DNA of 64,000 nucleotides, taken from the NCBI GenBank assembly GCA_030390025.1, contig CM059431.1, forward strand, positions 119,910,001 through 119,974,000. The letters run 5' to 3'. A program made the translations under genes and the position numbers. The DNA is from Squalus acanthias. Taxonomy: Eukaryota. Positions 39,120 through 52,984 of the stretch are shown piece by piece. The notes under the pieces are model-generated. The model had not been told where the DNA came from. It did no database searches and saw nothing but the letters and a program-made list of their open reading frames with translations. The first letter of the stretch is position 1; each line of letters opens with the position of its first letter.

Positions 39120-41075
39120 GCAGGTTTTAAGAAGAATCTTAAAGAAAGAGCCGGAGCTTGAGAGGCGGAGAGGTTTAAGGAGAGAACTCAAGAATGTAGG
39201 GCATAAACGGCTGAAGGCGCGGCCTCCAATGGTTCAGGCAAAGGGATGGCAGGTGCACTAAATGTTCAAGTCAGAAGAATGGATTTATAAATTGGGGTAT
39301 TGAATATAAAAGCAAAGAGTTAATGATAAATCTATATAAAACATTTCCTATAAGACCCTCCTTACAACCGTCCTCTTTGGTGAAGCTTTGATCACAACAA
39401 CAGCTTGCATTTATATAGCACCTTTAATATTGTAAAATGATCCAAGGTGAGTCACTGGAGCGTAATCAGACAAAAATTGACAACTAGCCAAAGAAGGAGA
39501 CATTAGGACAGGTGACCAAAAAGATGGTCAGCGAGGTAGATTTTAAGGAGTGTTTTAGAGGAGAAAGAGAGGTGGCGAGGTGGAAAGGTTTAGGTAGGGA
39601 ATTCCCGAGCTTAGGAACTAGATGGCTGAAGACACGGCCATCAATGGTATAGTGAAGGAAGTGAGGGATGCACAAGAGCAAGAGACCAGAGTTGGAGTGA
39701 AGCAGATCACCCCTCCTAATATAAACTTCTTTGCCTCGACATCCATTTATTTCTGATTATGCCTTTGTTAAAATACCTTGATACATGTTTTCTATATTAA
39801 AGGCGGCATATAAATGCAAGTTGCTGCTATTGTTCTTGTTGTGTCTGCCGACTTTTTGTTACTGATTTTTTTCTTTCTGTCCTGTGCTGCTTTCTTCTCT
39901 CCTCTTCTGATTCTCTTTAATTCAGATACACACATTTTAAAATGTGAGAGGATAAGTTGATAAAGCTGTGGAAAAAAAAGCAAAAGCGATCCAGGGTTCC
40001 ATAAATAGGGCCAAGGAATACAAAAATAAAGAGGCAATGGAAACCTATACAAACATTGGTTAGGTCACAGTTAGAAGATTTTGCCACTTTTGGACACTTA
40101 CTTTAGGAACGATATCAAGGCCATATTGCAGGTGCAGAAGAGATTCGCTAAGATCATACAACAACAACAACTTGTATTTATATAGCACCTTCAACGTAGT
40201 AAAACATTCCAAGGCGCTGCACAGGAGTATTATAAGACAAAAAATTTGATACCGAGCCACCTAAGGAGAAATTAGGCATGTAAGGAGATGTGGCAGGATT
40301 GTATGAAATAATATTTTTCTTTAAAAATCATAAGCCTACGAGGCTGGCGAAAACCCTAAAGCTATGCAAACAGTCTGGCCTAATTGAACTTTGTGGACAC
40401 AGCAAACAAGGCTGTTACTCAAGGAACCAGAACACAATGTGAGGTGACCTAAGGGTTTGCTAACCAAATCATCTCTGAGCAGATCAGTGAGTGATCATGC
40501 ACACAGAGACCCTCTAAAAAGTAATGAATTCTGAACTCTGGACACAGATGGGAAACACAGCCAAGAGGAAGACAGGACCCTGCCGGGTGAATCAGACCCA
40601 TTGACCTACAACCAACTTGGATTGATCAACTGGGGTGATTGTATGTATTGGCCAAATGCATGTAAGTTCATAGATATTGTATGTACGGACATAGATATTG
40701 TATGTAAGTGCATCGATATTGCAAGTAAGTACATAGATATTGCAAAATAATCCATAGTTAAGTGCATAGTTACTGCAAATATTATTGATTGAATTCAATA
40801 AAGTACCATTTGATCGGATCTTGTTTGACCTTGTAGTATTTCAATAAGTCTCGGGGTCTGAACACAAAAGTGAAGTCTTACAGGCAGGTGACCAAAAGCT
40901 TGGTCAAAGAGATAGGTTTTAAGGCGTGTCTTAAAGGAGGAAAGAGAGGTAGAGAAGCGGAGTGGTTTAGGGAGGGAATTCCAGAGCTTAGGGCCGAGGC
41001 AACAGAAGGTATGGCCACCAATGGTTGAGTGATTATAATCAGGGATGCTCAAGAGGGCAGAATTAGAGGAGTGAG
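39120..41075 (-). mobile_element. Cluster of L2-type 3' fragments, with a CR1 scrap at about 40000-40155
   Basis: (CAA)n-CTTGCATTTATATAGCACCTT tails at about 39395 and 40158; LWNSLPKPLR..TSLSSFKTRLKTYLF. Confidence 0.75.
40279..40882 (+). mobile_element. Solo LTR (604 bp) of a different family
   Basis: TGTAAG...CTTACA ends; 4-bp TSD GGCA; splits an L2 in register; AATAAA at about 40797; internal 21-bp tandem repeat. Confidence 0.85.
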
Positions 41076-41099
41076 AGGTTGTGAGGAGAGACGAGAGAA

Positions 41100-41500
41100 A
41101 CTGGTGCTCTTTTCATTAAAGTAGAGAAGGTTAAGATTTTATCTCATGGAAGTGTTAAAAATTATGAAGAAGTACTAATAATGTATATGGGGATAAACTG
41201 GTTGGTAATTCTGTAACTAGAGGGCAAGAATTTGAGATCACCCCTGAAAGAATAACGAGAAAGGTGAGAACAAACTTCTGCTGCAGAGGATCATTAGGTC
41301 ATGGAATACCTACCCAGAAGCAGTGGTGGAAGGAGAATCCTGAATAGCATTTAAAAAGAAAGCGGGTTAATGGAAATGAAAAAAAAATAAAGGGCATGGG
41401 GAAAGGGCACAAGAATGGGTCTGAGTGGGTTGTTCTTTGGGAGAGCTGGCATAAGCATGATGGTCCAAATGGTTGTCTTCTATGCTGTAAGATTCTATGG
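41100..41500 (+). mobile_element. Old CR1 3' fragment
   Basis: Degenerate similarity to the CR1 3' region; ends TATGCTGTAAGATTCTATG. Confidence 0.5.
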
Positions 41501-43211
41501 GCATGATATTATCTTTTATTGCCGGTCAAAAAAATGGTTGATAACGAATCAGCCCACCCATTTTATGGCCGATAACGAATCAGCCATCCATTTTATGGCC
41601 CACACTATTTTCATTTTTATTGAACTGGTCGGAAAGGAAAATCGGGCTGGGTGTAAAATGGGCTGCCGCTTTGCTATCATCTGTTTTTTGCTCAGTGATT
41701 AATGTTTAAAAAAAAACCTGTATGATTCTTTATCTTTTTCTCTTTCTCTCTGTCTTATCTGATTCCCGCTCTGTCCTCTTTTCTGTTTCTCTTCTGTCTT
41801 TTCAGGTAAGAGAGGAGTGCGTATCATGGTGTGGTGGGGAAGAGATCCACCAATGTCTGACATACAGTGCTTCATGAAGAATAGTGCAGAAACACTTTGA
41901 CCTCTATCTGAACAAAACAATTGATTTTAAGGGGCCAACAGCTACCAAAATGTTGTCCAAATTTTGGTTAAATCGCTATCTTTGCAAAACTTGGACCACC
42001 TAAGGTTTGCATTTGGCTCCAAATTCGACCATAAATGATGGCACAGTTCAAGCAGATATTAATTGAAAAATGTAGTTTTAAATTCATTAAATATTGCTAC
42101 ATCACTCACCCAATATTTTCTGTGTACAGTACAGCACATTTGTAAGTTATTATAATTTCCATAGATCTTTGGACTGGAGGCATTATTTCAGGCTCGGCAA
42201 GGAAAAGCCCCTGATATAGTACTAGGAACGATCATTTTAGTAAAGAATATAATAAATATTTATTTAGGAACGGGATTTAAGTTTACAGATTTTCAAAAAT
42301 TCAATGTAATATAATGGGGTAGAATTGGTCATTGTTGTGCCCATTTTCTCAATGGATTACGGGGGGGCAAAAATAACCAATTTTGCAGGTCTATGCTCTG
42401 CTGCTCAAGGATGCCTGAAAAACATCTGATGCCATATTGGCCTCAGATGGTTTTTCAGGTGTCCGAGGCAGCCACCTAAAACAGGAGTTAGGCTGCTTGC
42501 ATATGATAATGAGGGTCCTAAGGCCTGCACTAGGACACCTGAGGAAATTGGGCTGTCCTGAGCGAAGCACCCGTTGGGCCTACTCCTACGTTCAGGTTTC
42601 CCAGGCATGGATGCAGCCGAGCCAGCAGCTGCCACCAAAAAAGTAAATGTAAGTTTTTTTTTAATTCATGTGCAGCCAGGAGGTGCTCCTCGTGGGTCCG
42701 CAACACGTCTGCCGGCCAATGATAGTTGCAATAGGCCCCCTTTCTGCTGTCCTTTCCCCGCCCCCTTCTCAGCACTAAACTGAAGGCCTCTGTCGGTGAG
42801 GCAAGCGGTCCAAAGTTTGTTTTCTGAAATGGGCAAGCTGCCTGTGGAGGCGCGACTGATGCCATTACCCTACCAAACTTATTGAAATTAAACCTGAGGC
42901 CCATTCTCGGGCTGGCCTCGGGCCTCCTGTTTGGGGCGCGAGCTGCCAACCCAGTGCCGATTCTGGGCCAAGCAAATTTCCACAATGTTCTTGTACTGCT
43001 GGGACCAAGAAAATACCAAGCCCGCGATGTGATGGGAATAAGTAGGTGTCTGCTATGGCAATTTATTCAGGTGCTGGTCATTTGAAGACTTCACCGTGGG
43101 AAAGTTCTGTATGAGCAACAACTTGAGCAAGAATCACAAATCTACTGTGGAAGTAAGGAGGCAACATATCTGAGAAGAAGAAGGAAGGTTTTGAGGAGGG
43201 AAAAATAAACA

Positions 43212-44856
43212 GAGGCCCAACCGGTCCCCTTCCACCACCACCCTCCTTCACCTGGCTGAACTTGTTTTCACATTGAACAACTTCTCCTTTGACTCCAGTC
43301 ACTTCCTCCAAATTAAAGGTGTTGCTATGGGAACCTGCATGGGTCCTAGCTATGCCTGCCTTTTCGTAGGATATGTGGAACATTCTTTTTTCCAGTCCTA
43401 CTCAGGTCCCCTACTTCCCCTCTTTTTCCAGTACATTGATGACTGTATCGGTGTTGTTTCCTGCTCTCGCCCTGAACTAGAAAATTTCATTCACATTCCC
43501 TCACCTTCACATGGTTCATCTCCGACACTTCCCTTCCCTTCCTCGACTTCTCTGTCTCCATCTCTGGGGATAGGCTATTGACAAACATTCACTATAAGCC
43601 CACTGACTCCCACAGCTACCTGGACTACACTTCCTCCTAACCTGCTTCCTGTAAGGACTGTATTCCATTCTCCCAGTTTCTCCGTCTCCGCCGCATCTGC
43701 TCTGACGATGCCACCTTCCATACTAGTGCTTCCAACATGTCTTCCTTTTTCCTCAACCGAGGATTCCCCTCTACCGTGGTTGACACGGCCCTTGACCGTG
43801 TCCGTTCTATTTCCTGCACCTCTGCTCTCACCCCTTCCCCTCCCTCCCGGAACCACGACAGGGTTCCCCTTGTCCCTTTCACCCCACCAGCCTCCACTAT
43901 CAACGAATCATCCCCTGCCAGTTCCGCCACCTCCAGCGTGATCCCACCACCAAACACATCTTCCCCTCACCTCCCCTTTCAGCATTCCGAAGGGACCACT
44001 CCCTCCGCGACACCCTGGTCCACTCCTCTATCACCCCCAACACCCCTTGCCCTTCGCCCGGCACCTTCCCGTGCAAGCGCAGGAGATGTAACACCTGCCC
44101 TTTTACCTCCTCCCTTCCCACTGTCCAGGGCCCCAAACACTCCTTCCAGGTGAAACAGTGATTTACTTGTACAGTACTTCTTGCAACTCAGTATACTGTA
44201 TTCGCTGTTCACGATGCGGTCTCCTCTACATTGGGGAGACCAAACACAGATTGGGCGACCGCTTTGTGGAACACCTCCATTCAGTCCGTAAGGGTGACCC
44301 CGAGCTTCTGGTCGCCTGTCAGTTTAATTCTCCGCTCACTCCCACTCTGATCTCTCTGTCCTCCGCCTCTTACACTGTTCCAACGAAGCTCAACATAAGC
44401 TCGAGGAACAGCACCTCATCTTTCGATTAGGCACTTTACAGCCTTCTGGACTCAACACTGAGTTCAACAATTTCAGACTATAACCTCTGCCCCTATATTT
44501 TTCTTTCACATGACAACTGTTGATGATTCTGTCAGTGCCATTTACACCTCATCTAGACTCATCTTTTGTTTCTTAACTTGTCCCATTACCATCTCCTTTT
44601 GCCTTGCACCATCATCCCTTTTGTCTCTTAATCTCTCCTGCCTTCCATCCTATCACAGACCTTCCCTTTTGTACTTTCCTCTCCTCCCCCTTTCTCTGCC
44701 TCTGTACTTGCTTAAAAACCTTTTACATCTCCAACTTTTACCAGTTCTGACAGTAACTCTGTTTCTCTCTCCATAGATGCTGCCTGAACTGCTGAGTATT
44801 TCCAGCATTTCCTGTTTTTATTTCAGATTCCCAGCATCCACAGTATTTTGCTTTTG
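43212..44856 (+). mobile_element. 5'-truncated Penelope-like element (RT plus GIY-YIG endonuclease)
   Basis: QIKGVAMGTCMGPSYA, YIDD, YKPTDSHSYL and VYCIRCSRCGLLYIGET.HRLGDRFVEH; pLTR-like 3' end. Confidence 0.9.
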
Positions 44857-45877
44857 TAATTAAATAAAGGATGTGCATGCAAAACAAATACTGTAATTCT
44901 ACGATGGGAATTATAGCAAATCTTTGTAGGCTCTTAAAGGCAGCAGCTGCTGTTTAAAGGGGCAAATTAATTGGATGGGAATGATTGCAGGAAGGAGAAG
45001 ATCTACTCCATTCTCAGATGCATGTTTGGTGGTCCTCTTAGAAGAAGTGTAGCAAAGAAGAGTTGCCTTCTCTCTTATCCCCAGGCACCCTACTCTCAGA
45101 AGAAACGCGAAGGCTGCTTGGCAGAAGGTAGCTGTCAGTATAAATGTAGTCTCCGACAATCAGAGGCCCTGAAGGCAAATGAGGAAATTATTTACAGCCT
45201 CATGCCAAAGTAAGGTTAAGCCAACATCAAGTAGATGAACAAATTGTAAAGGCAACTGACAGTTTCCTATCCTGTTATACCATGACTGAGGTGATATGCT
45301 AAATCCTCAGAAAACAGCTCTTTTCAAACTTTACATCCATGCACATACTGCAGCCAGGAGTACTTTATTACTACAACTGAAAACTGCACTATTGTCACTT
45401 AACTATTTGGAAAGGTGATCTCATATGCAAAGCTTATGATGCATGTTCATTTATTCATGCACACGCTACTATCCAGGGTGGTCACTTCATTCCCACTTGT
45501 CTATTGTGCACATTTTGGGGCACCTCATTATAGGAGGGATATAAAGCAATAGATTAGGTACAGTGTAGGTTAAGATGACATAAATTACAGCACAGAAACA
45601 AGTTGCTTTGTGCAATCAGTCAGTGTTGGTGTTTATCCTCCACACGAGCAGTAGGACTAATCCCACGTGCCTGCCCTGTTCCAGTGGGGTTCATTTTAAC
45701 TTTGTCACTATTATAAATGGGGAAAAGGCAATGGAAACGAAAATAGGGAGAGGTGTATAATGGACAGCCAACCCGATAACGCCCCATTTACACTATTGCC
45801 AAAAGTTACATTTATGCCCAATATCACTTAATTCCCCTTTTCCTTCAATCACCTGTCTAACCTAATTATAAATATCG

Positions 45878-47190
45878 AATGGTCAATCGTCTCAGCCCCA
45901 GGACATCACTGCAAAAGTTCCCCAGGGCAGTGTCATATGTCTAATTATCTTCAGCTGCTTCATCAATGACCTTCCCTTCACCATAAGGTCAGAAGTGAGA
46001 CGGCACGCTAATGATTGCAGTGTTCAGCTCCATTCGCAATTCCTCAGATAATGAATGCCCGCATGCAGCAGCATGACTTGGACAACAGCCAGGCTTGGCT
46101 TGATAAGGAGCAAGTAACATTCATGCTACACAAGTGCCAGGCAATGACCATCTCCAACAAGAGAGACAAAAGCAAAGTACAGTAAACTCTCGTTTAAACG
46201 GCACCTAATCAACCGGAATTCTTTAATAACCGGCAAAATAGATAGCCGGGAATCTTGCCGAATCCACCATTTTTCGTTTTTCCGAGTCCGAGTTTCTCGC
46301 GGTGGCCGAGTTAGTCACTGGTTTTTATTTTTTTGTGTTAAAAATTGCCTACCTCTCTGTCATCCGTAATTTTTAATCAACTGGCACCATCCCGGTCCCG
46401 TCGGTGCCGGATACGAAAGAGTTTACTGTACTGCGGATGCTGGAAATCTGCAATAAAAACAGAAAATGCTGGAAATACTCAGCAGGTCAGGCAGCATCTG
46501 TGGAGAGAGAAACAGAGTTAACATTTCAGGTCGATGACCGTATGTCAGAATGGATTCTGACGTAAGGTCATCGACCTGAAGCTTTTTAAAAAAATTGTTT
46601 ATGGGATGTGGGCGTCGCTGGCAAGGCCAGCATTTATTGCCCATCCCTAATTGCCCTTGAGAAGGTGGTGGTGAGCCGCCTTTTTGAACCGCTGCAGTCA
46701 TTGTGGTGAAGGTACTCCAACAGTGCTGTTAGGGAGGAAGTTCCAGGATTTTGACCCAGCGACGATGAAGGATCGGCGATATACTTCCAATTCAGGATAA
46801 TGTGTAACTTGGAGGGGAACTTGCAGGTGATGGTGTTCCCATGCGCCTGCTGCCTTTGTCCTTCTAGGTGGTAGAGGTCGCGGGTTTGGGAGATGCTGCC
46901 GAAGAAGCCTTGGCAAGTTGCTGCAGTGAATCTTGTAGATGCTACACACTGCAGCCACGGTGCGCCGGTGGTGGAGGGAGTGAATGTTTAAGGTGGTGGA
47001 TGGGGTGCCAATGAAGTGGGCTGCTTTGTCCCGGATGGTGTCGAGCTTCTTGAGTGTTGTTGGAGCTTTACTCATCCAGGCAAGTGGAGAGTATTCCATC
47101 ACACTCCTGACTTGTACCTTGTAGATGGTGGAAAGGCTTTGGGGAGTTGACCAGGAACTCAACTGGACCAACCATATAAATGCTGTGACT
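45878..47190. mobile_element. Rearranged fragments of the 3535-6108 LINE family, with a nested Penelope pLTR piece (46166-46582)
   Basis: 45878-46165 and 47150-47190 match the LINE on +; 46585-47150 is its 3' end on -. Confidence 0.8.
46180..46428. mobile_element. Tc1/mariner (Tigger/pogo-like) MITE
   Basis: TIRs CAGTAAACTCT / AGAGTTTACTG with TA duplication; interrupts AAAAGCAAAGTA|CTGCGGATGCTGG. Confidence 0.85.
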
Positions 47191-47767
47191 ACTTTAATCG
47201 AAATTAAAAATCTGGAGATGTAAACCAGGCTGCCAATTCGCTGTCACATCCATTTTACACTATTGCACAAAGTCAAGCTCTATCCCATTGTGTGAGGAAT
47301 GAGTGAGTGCGAGTGTGAGTGCAGTTTGAGGAGAGGTTTGTCTATTATATGTGGGGAAACATTACTTCTGTTTGCCACCTTCTGACAGAATAGAAAGATT
47401 TAGAACTAGTTGTAAGGAGAATCATAGATTCATTGGAGTACCTATATGCTGCATATTTGTTTTAGTTTTCCCCCTTTCCCTTTGGTCCATTCTCCTTTGT
47501 GTCTCATACTGTGTTTTCTTAGTATCTTTTTCTGTTTTCTATCTTCACTCTCCATTCCTTTCTTTCTTCCCCCCGAACTTTGTGTTTTCTTCTCCCTTTC
47601 TTCTCTGAACACACATCGACACAAGTCCCAAATCCTGGGGTCAACAATGAATCATGTTTGTACCAGCCAGATTGTGTTGCCTACATTCAAAGGGCCACTG
47701 CTTTCCTCCTAGAAGTCAGACCGCCACTGTATGTGTACCATGACACCCAAAAGATTTTGAGGTGTTG

Positions 47768-47930
47768 AGATATTTCTTAAAGCTAAAGGGATCAAGGGAT
47801 ATGGGGAGAAGGCAGGGACAGGGTACTGAATTTGGATGATCAGCCATGATCTCATTGAATGGCGGAGCAGGCTCGAGGGGCTGAATGGCCTACTTCTGCT
47901 CCTATTTTCTATGTTTCTATGTTTCTATGT
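47768..47930 (+). mobile_element. CR1 3' terminus
   Basis: Matches the 3' end of the 18394 CR1; (TTTCTATG)3 tail. Confidence 0.85.
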
Positions 47931-48050
47931 TGTGTCACCTCGGAATGTTAGACTGGAGCAACATAATTCAAATCCACTGGATGATCTGTGGAACATCTGT
48001 CGGACCATTCAAAAATCTCCATTACTGTTTTAGTTTTCCCCCTTTTCCTT

Positions 48051-48245
48051 CGAGGCCCAGGAACGAGGTCGGGACCCAGGAGCGAGGACGGGGCCCAGGA
48101 GTGAGGACAGGACCCAGGAGCGAGGTCGAGGCCCAGGAGCGAGGTCGGGATGCAGGAGTGAGGTCGGGACCCAGGAGCGAGGACGAGGCCCAGGAGCGAG
48201 GACGAGCCCAGCAGCGAGGTCGAGGCCCAGGAGTGGCGCAGCGTG
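48051..48245 (+). repeat. 19-bp GC-rich tandem repeat at the RTE 5' end
   Basis: About 10 degenerate CGAGGCCCAGGAGCGAGGT units with no spacers. Confidence 0.85.
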
Positions 48246-50896
48246 GACCAGCAGTGGGGTCGGGAGGACCAGACTGCAGCCTATGAAACCCAGGCAGAGA
48301 GGATCTGTGGGAAGGAGGGAGGAGGACAGTAGGAGTATGTTTGTGTGTGTGTGCTAGGCCACTGTAGCAGAGCCTGGTCTCCAATCGTCTTGGATCCCCT
48401 TGCCATTGGACCAAGACCTTGCTCTGTCATGCCCATGTGTTAGCTGGTGTGCAACGGCCACCCCACGTTAAACGAATTCACGCACAGGCATCTTCCACCC
48501 TTTAAAATGAAGTTCGGGACCTGGAACGTCAGGACCCTCATGGACAACCCCAACAGCGACAGACCGGAACGCCGTACTGCTATCATTGCCCGGAGCTCAG
48601 ACGTTTCGACATAGACATCGACGTCCTAAGCGAGACCCGGCGGGCAGGGGAAGGCCAGCTCAAGGAGCAAGGCGGTGGTTACACCTTGCTCTGGAAAGGC
48701 AAACCTGAAGAATACCGCCTCCATGAGGTAGGCTTCACCATAAAAAATGAGCTAGTTGAACGACTCAGAGACTCCCCTTGTGGAATGAACGAACGCCTCA
48801 TGACTCTACGGCTCATCCTAGCTCGGAACCAGTGCGCTACGGTCATCAGTGCGTACACCCCAACATTGGAAGCCACAGACGAGACCAAAGAGGAATTCTA
48901 CTCCAGCCTCGAACAATCCCTGTCCCGAGTCCCAACGGGCGACAAGCTGATCCTCCTTGGCAAATTCAACGCCAGAGTTGGAAAGGACACAGACCTCTGG
49001 TGTGTTCGGGAGAGACGGATTAGGGAAAGCCAACTCCAACGGTACCCTCCTCCTGACAAAATGCTTAGAACACGGCCTTGTCATAACCAACACCTTGTTC
49101 CGTCAGAGAGACAAGTACAAAGCTTCATGGCAACACCCTCGCTGCAAGCACTGGCATCTGCTGGACTACGTCATCATCCGAGCGAGGGACTGCAAGGACG
49201 TCCGCATCACCCACGCCATGAAAGGAGCTGATGACTGCTGGACAAACCACCGCCTAATCCGTTCTGTCATCTCCATCAACGTAGCCCCAAAACAGCGGTG
49301 GCAACAGAAGCAATGCCGCAGGAAAATCAACACTGGAGCACTCAAAGACCCTGCTAAGAAAGCCCTATTCAGCCTGCGCCTCACAAACAACCTGACGACT
49401 CCCAGTGATTGAGAGACACAGAATGTCCACAGCGCCTGGTCTGCACTCAAGGCCTCCATAATCAGCACCTGTGAAGAGACGCTCAGTCACTCGACCAGGA
49501 AACACCAAGACTGGTTCGACGAGAATGACCAGGAGATCTAGGTGCTAATAATCTGCAAGCGCAAGGCATTCCTGATCTGGAAACAGCAACAGAACTCGAG
49601 AGCAAGAAAGCAGCTCTACAGACGCCTGAAGGCTGAGGTCCAACAAAAAACTTGCGACCTAAAGAACAGATGGCGGGTGGAGAAAGCGCAGGAGATCCAG
49701 CAGCTAGCCGACAACCGAGAATTGCGTGGAGTCTTTTGTGCAGTCAAGACCACCTACGGCCCAAGCACCCAAGGTCCTACCCCACTGTGGGCCAAGAACG
49801 GAGAGGTACTCATCAAGGACAGAGAGGCAGTCAGTGCCCGCTGGAAGGAGCACTTCGAAGATCTCCTTAACCGAGACTCTGTCTTCTATGCGAGTGTCCT
49901 CAACTCCATCCCGCAGCATACTACCCGCCACCACCTCAGCACAACCCCAGCACGGCATGAGGTTGAAAAGGCCATCAGACAACTGAAGAACAACAAGGCC
50001 TCAGGAGCAGATGGAATCCCCACCGAGGTGCTAAAACATGGCGGAGAAGCACTATTGGCGCGAATACATTAACTCATTTTTCTTATTTGGAAGGAGGAGA
50101 GCATGCTAGGGGATCTCAGAGATGCCGTAATCGTGTCCGATTGTGGTAATTACAGAAGAGTCTCCCTACTGTCTGCCACAGGGAAAGTCATCGCAAGAAT
50201 CCTCCTCAATCGCCTTCTCCCAGTGGCTGAAGGGCTCCTCCCAGAATCGCAATGCTGATTCTGCCCACTACGGGGCACAATGGACATGATCTTCACCGCG
50301 TGTCAACTACAAGAGAAATGCAGGGAACAGTACCAACCGCTGTACATGGCCTTCTTTGACCTCACAAAGGCCTTCGACACCGTCAACCGTGAGGGATTAT
50401 GAAGTGTCCTCCTCAAATTCGGCTGCCCTCAAAAGTTTGTCACCATTCTCCGCCTGCTTCATGATGATATGCAAGCCGTGATCCTGACCAACGGATACAC
50501 CACATACCCAATTCACGTACGGACCGGGGTCAAGCAAGGCTGTGTCATCGCACCAATGCTCTTCTCGCTCTTCCTGGCTGCAATGCTCCATCTCACCCTC
50601 AGTAAGCTCCCCGCTGGAGTGGAGCTAATCTACAGAAAAAAAAGGAAAGCTGTTCAACCTCCGTCACCTCCAGTCAAGATCCAAGGTCGTCCCATCCTCT
50701 CATCGAATTACAGTATGCAGACGACGCTTGTGTCTGCACACACTCTGAGGCCGAACTCCAAACCATCGCTAACACCTTCACAGAAGCGTACGAGAGCATG
50801 GGCCTTACACTAAACATCCCTAAGACAAAGGTCCTCTACCAACCTGCCCCCGGCACACAGTACTGCTCCCCGATTATCAAAATCCATGATGAGGCC
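48051..50896 (+). mobile_element. RTE-clade LINE, 5' part (EN plus RT, disrupted)
   Basis: MKFGTWNVRTL at 48508, VISAYTPT, WQHPRCKHWHLLDY, KASGADGIP, GVKQGCVIAP, YADD. Confidence 0.92.
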
Positions 50897-52533
50897 TGTA
50901 AGGGATTCTGACCCTGCGTGTCTCGCAGCCTGTGAGATTCACGCGGCTCTGTGCAGCCTGTATGTCAGTGCGGGTTTAGGCCTTGTTGCCTGTTCTGGTC
51001 TCCAGCCAGTCTGGGAGCACTAGACACACCTGTGAGTGGTTCGAATCACTCGCCCTTACGGTTCTAGACACTGGACTTAGATGCGAGAGCAGTAATGGAG
51101 ATGAAACTCATGTAGACTCGGTTGAATGGTACGAAATGGAAAATCTTTATTGCATGATATTTAAGATTACGAAATACATGTCATAAGCACAGATTAATGA
51201 CAGTACAATCTTACAAGCAGTTATATAGCTGATCCTAGGGAAACGAGGAACGAACGACACACCGTAAATAGGGGCACACATTACAAGTATCCTTAATACT
51301 TAAACCCTCCCCTATCAATATCTGTCCTAGCTAGATTCGTAGGATTTCGAGACTCATGCTCACCACTCGTGATAACTCGGAGAAATTCCGAATAGCTGAT
51401 CGGATGTTTTTCACCGCAGCAACCACGTGTCGATCAGGAGGTCTCCTGGTCCCACTTGTTTACTTGCTTCTGCTCCGGCTAGCAGGCTGGACCGTCTGCT
51501 GTGATGAAGATCTGTGTTGGTTGGTTTAACAGGTACTTTCCGAATACAGCCCAGTCAATATCATCTTTGACGATCCGTTCTTGCAAGTTCAAAGAAGTCT
51601 TCCTGGCAAGGAAAACTTGGCTGTTCGACCTACAGGCACGGTCGGGATTTACTGACCGTGGCGATGAGTATGGTCTTCCTCTCTTCTCCTCTCATCTCAT
51701 CTCATCTCATCTCGGGCCTTTGGTTCCGATGCCAGTTACCAACATAGGTCTTCGTTACGCGACACGAGGTAGATCCGAACGGATCAGAAAGTTCAACAGT
51801 CTTTTTCAAAGAGGCACCAGGCAAGCAGGAACAAGACTACGAGTCAAAAACACAGGAGCAGCCAAGAGGTTACGAGTCGATCGGATAAGAGAATAAGAGA
51901 AAGATGGACGGTTGGAGCTTGTAATTATAGTACAAAATCTTCCGTTTCCCGCCCAACCTTAATGTCCTTTCTTTTGTTTGAGTTTGGCGCTCAAATGTCT
52001 TGTATGGGTGATCTCCGTTCTTAATGGGTTTCGGGGCTACTCGTAACTGTCTGAGTACCTGTTAATATTTCTCCCATTGTTAAATCGGTCGGTGTTCTCC
52101 CTGGAGGGGTTTTGGGGCTTCCAAGTGTTTTGTATAACTACCTGCTAACGGCTCTCTCATCGTAGAGTCGTTGGGATTTTACATATTAATGTCTTTTGGA
52201 TGGGCCCTTGATTACTCGGTACAATAGCTTTCATTCGTACCTGGGAGACCGATTTCAGTATTTATGTGTATACTGCAAACCCATAATGTCTCGTGTATTA
52301 TCTTCACTGTGCTGAATCTTAATCGATCTTGCACAAATGTTTATTGGAACGCCATCTTGTCTGCCTGTCGAAAAGTCTAGAATGTTCTGTCACGAGGTGC
52401 GGCGGCCATTTTACAGGTTGCTTGTGTCCACTTTGAGAAACCTGACAGCATTCTGCTGAAATAAAAGCTGTTTGAACGAAACTCTGTGTTTTCTCCTTAT
52501 TAATAAAAATCGCGATATATTGCGAATTCTACA
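50897..52533 (-). repeat. 3' LTR
   Basis: TG...CA ends; direct repeat of 61957-63593; minus-strand AATAAA at 51146-51151. Confidence 0.97.
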
Positions 52534-52546
52534 GTCCCTCCTGTTG
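52534..52546 (-). other. Polypurine tract
   Basis: CAACAGGAGGGAC immediately before the 3' LTR TG. Confidence 0.75.
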
Positions 52547-52984
52547 ATGCGAATAACTCCGCTTATCGTATCAAAAATCATAGTGGTGAGCAATATTATC
52601 TCGATTTCTCTCCGAATCCAGCAAATTAATCCCATAACTTTAACCTAATTAGGGTCTCTGTGTCGTCCTTATTTCCCAAGAAAATTACATTTTATATCAC
52701 CGTGGGCCTTTATTTGCCCTTAAACTTACACCACTTGTTTTCCTTCCCGGCGTAACCAGGCCGATGCCTCTCGTATTACCTGTATATTCATCTTTTATTC
52801 AGGGAAAGGAAAAACAACACCCAAAACGAAACAATCATTTTTAACTGTAACACCATCACCCAAAAATAATCAACACCAACTCTTAACATGTCGAGTTCCA
52901 AACGTATTTACAGTCTTTGAAAATCATGATCGAGTACAAACTTCCGCGGCGCACGTGGCGAGCGGGAATTACGCCATTTTCCGG

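Noticed and set aside
48051..48245. CRISPR-like array (also 40661-40745 and 12783-12902)
   Set aside because: Head-to-tail repeats without unique spacers, no cas genes, and a eukaryotic context.
50983..51896. Antisense 67-aa and 131-aa ORFs in the LTRs as accessory genes
   Set aside because: The 67-aa ORF starts at TTG, the 131-aa ORF is not kept in the 33570 LTR, and their recurrence reflects LTR duplication.
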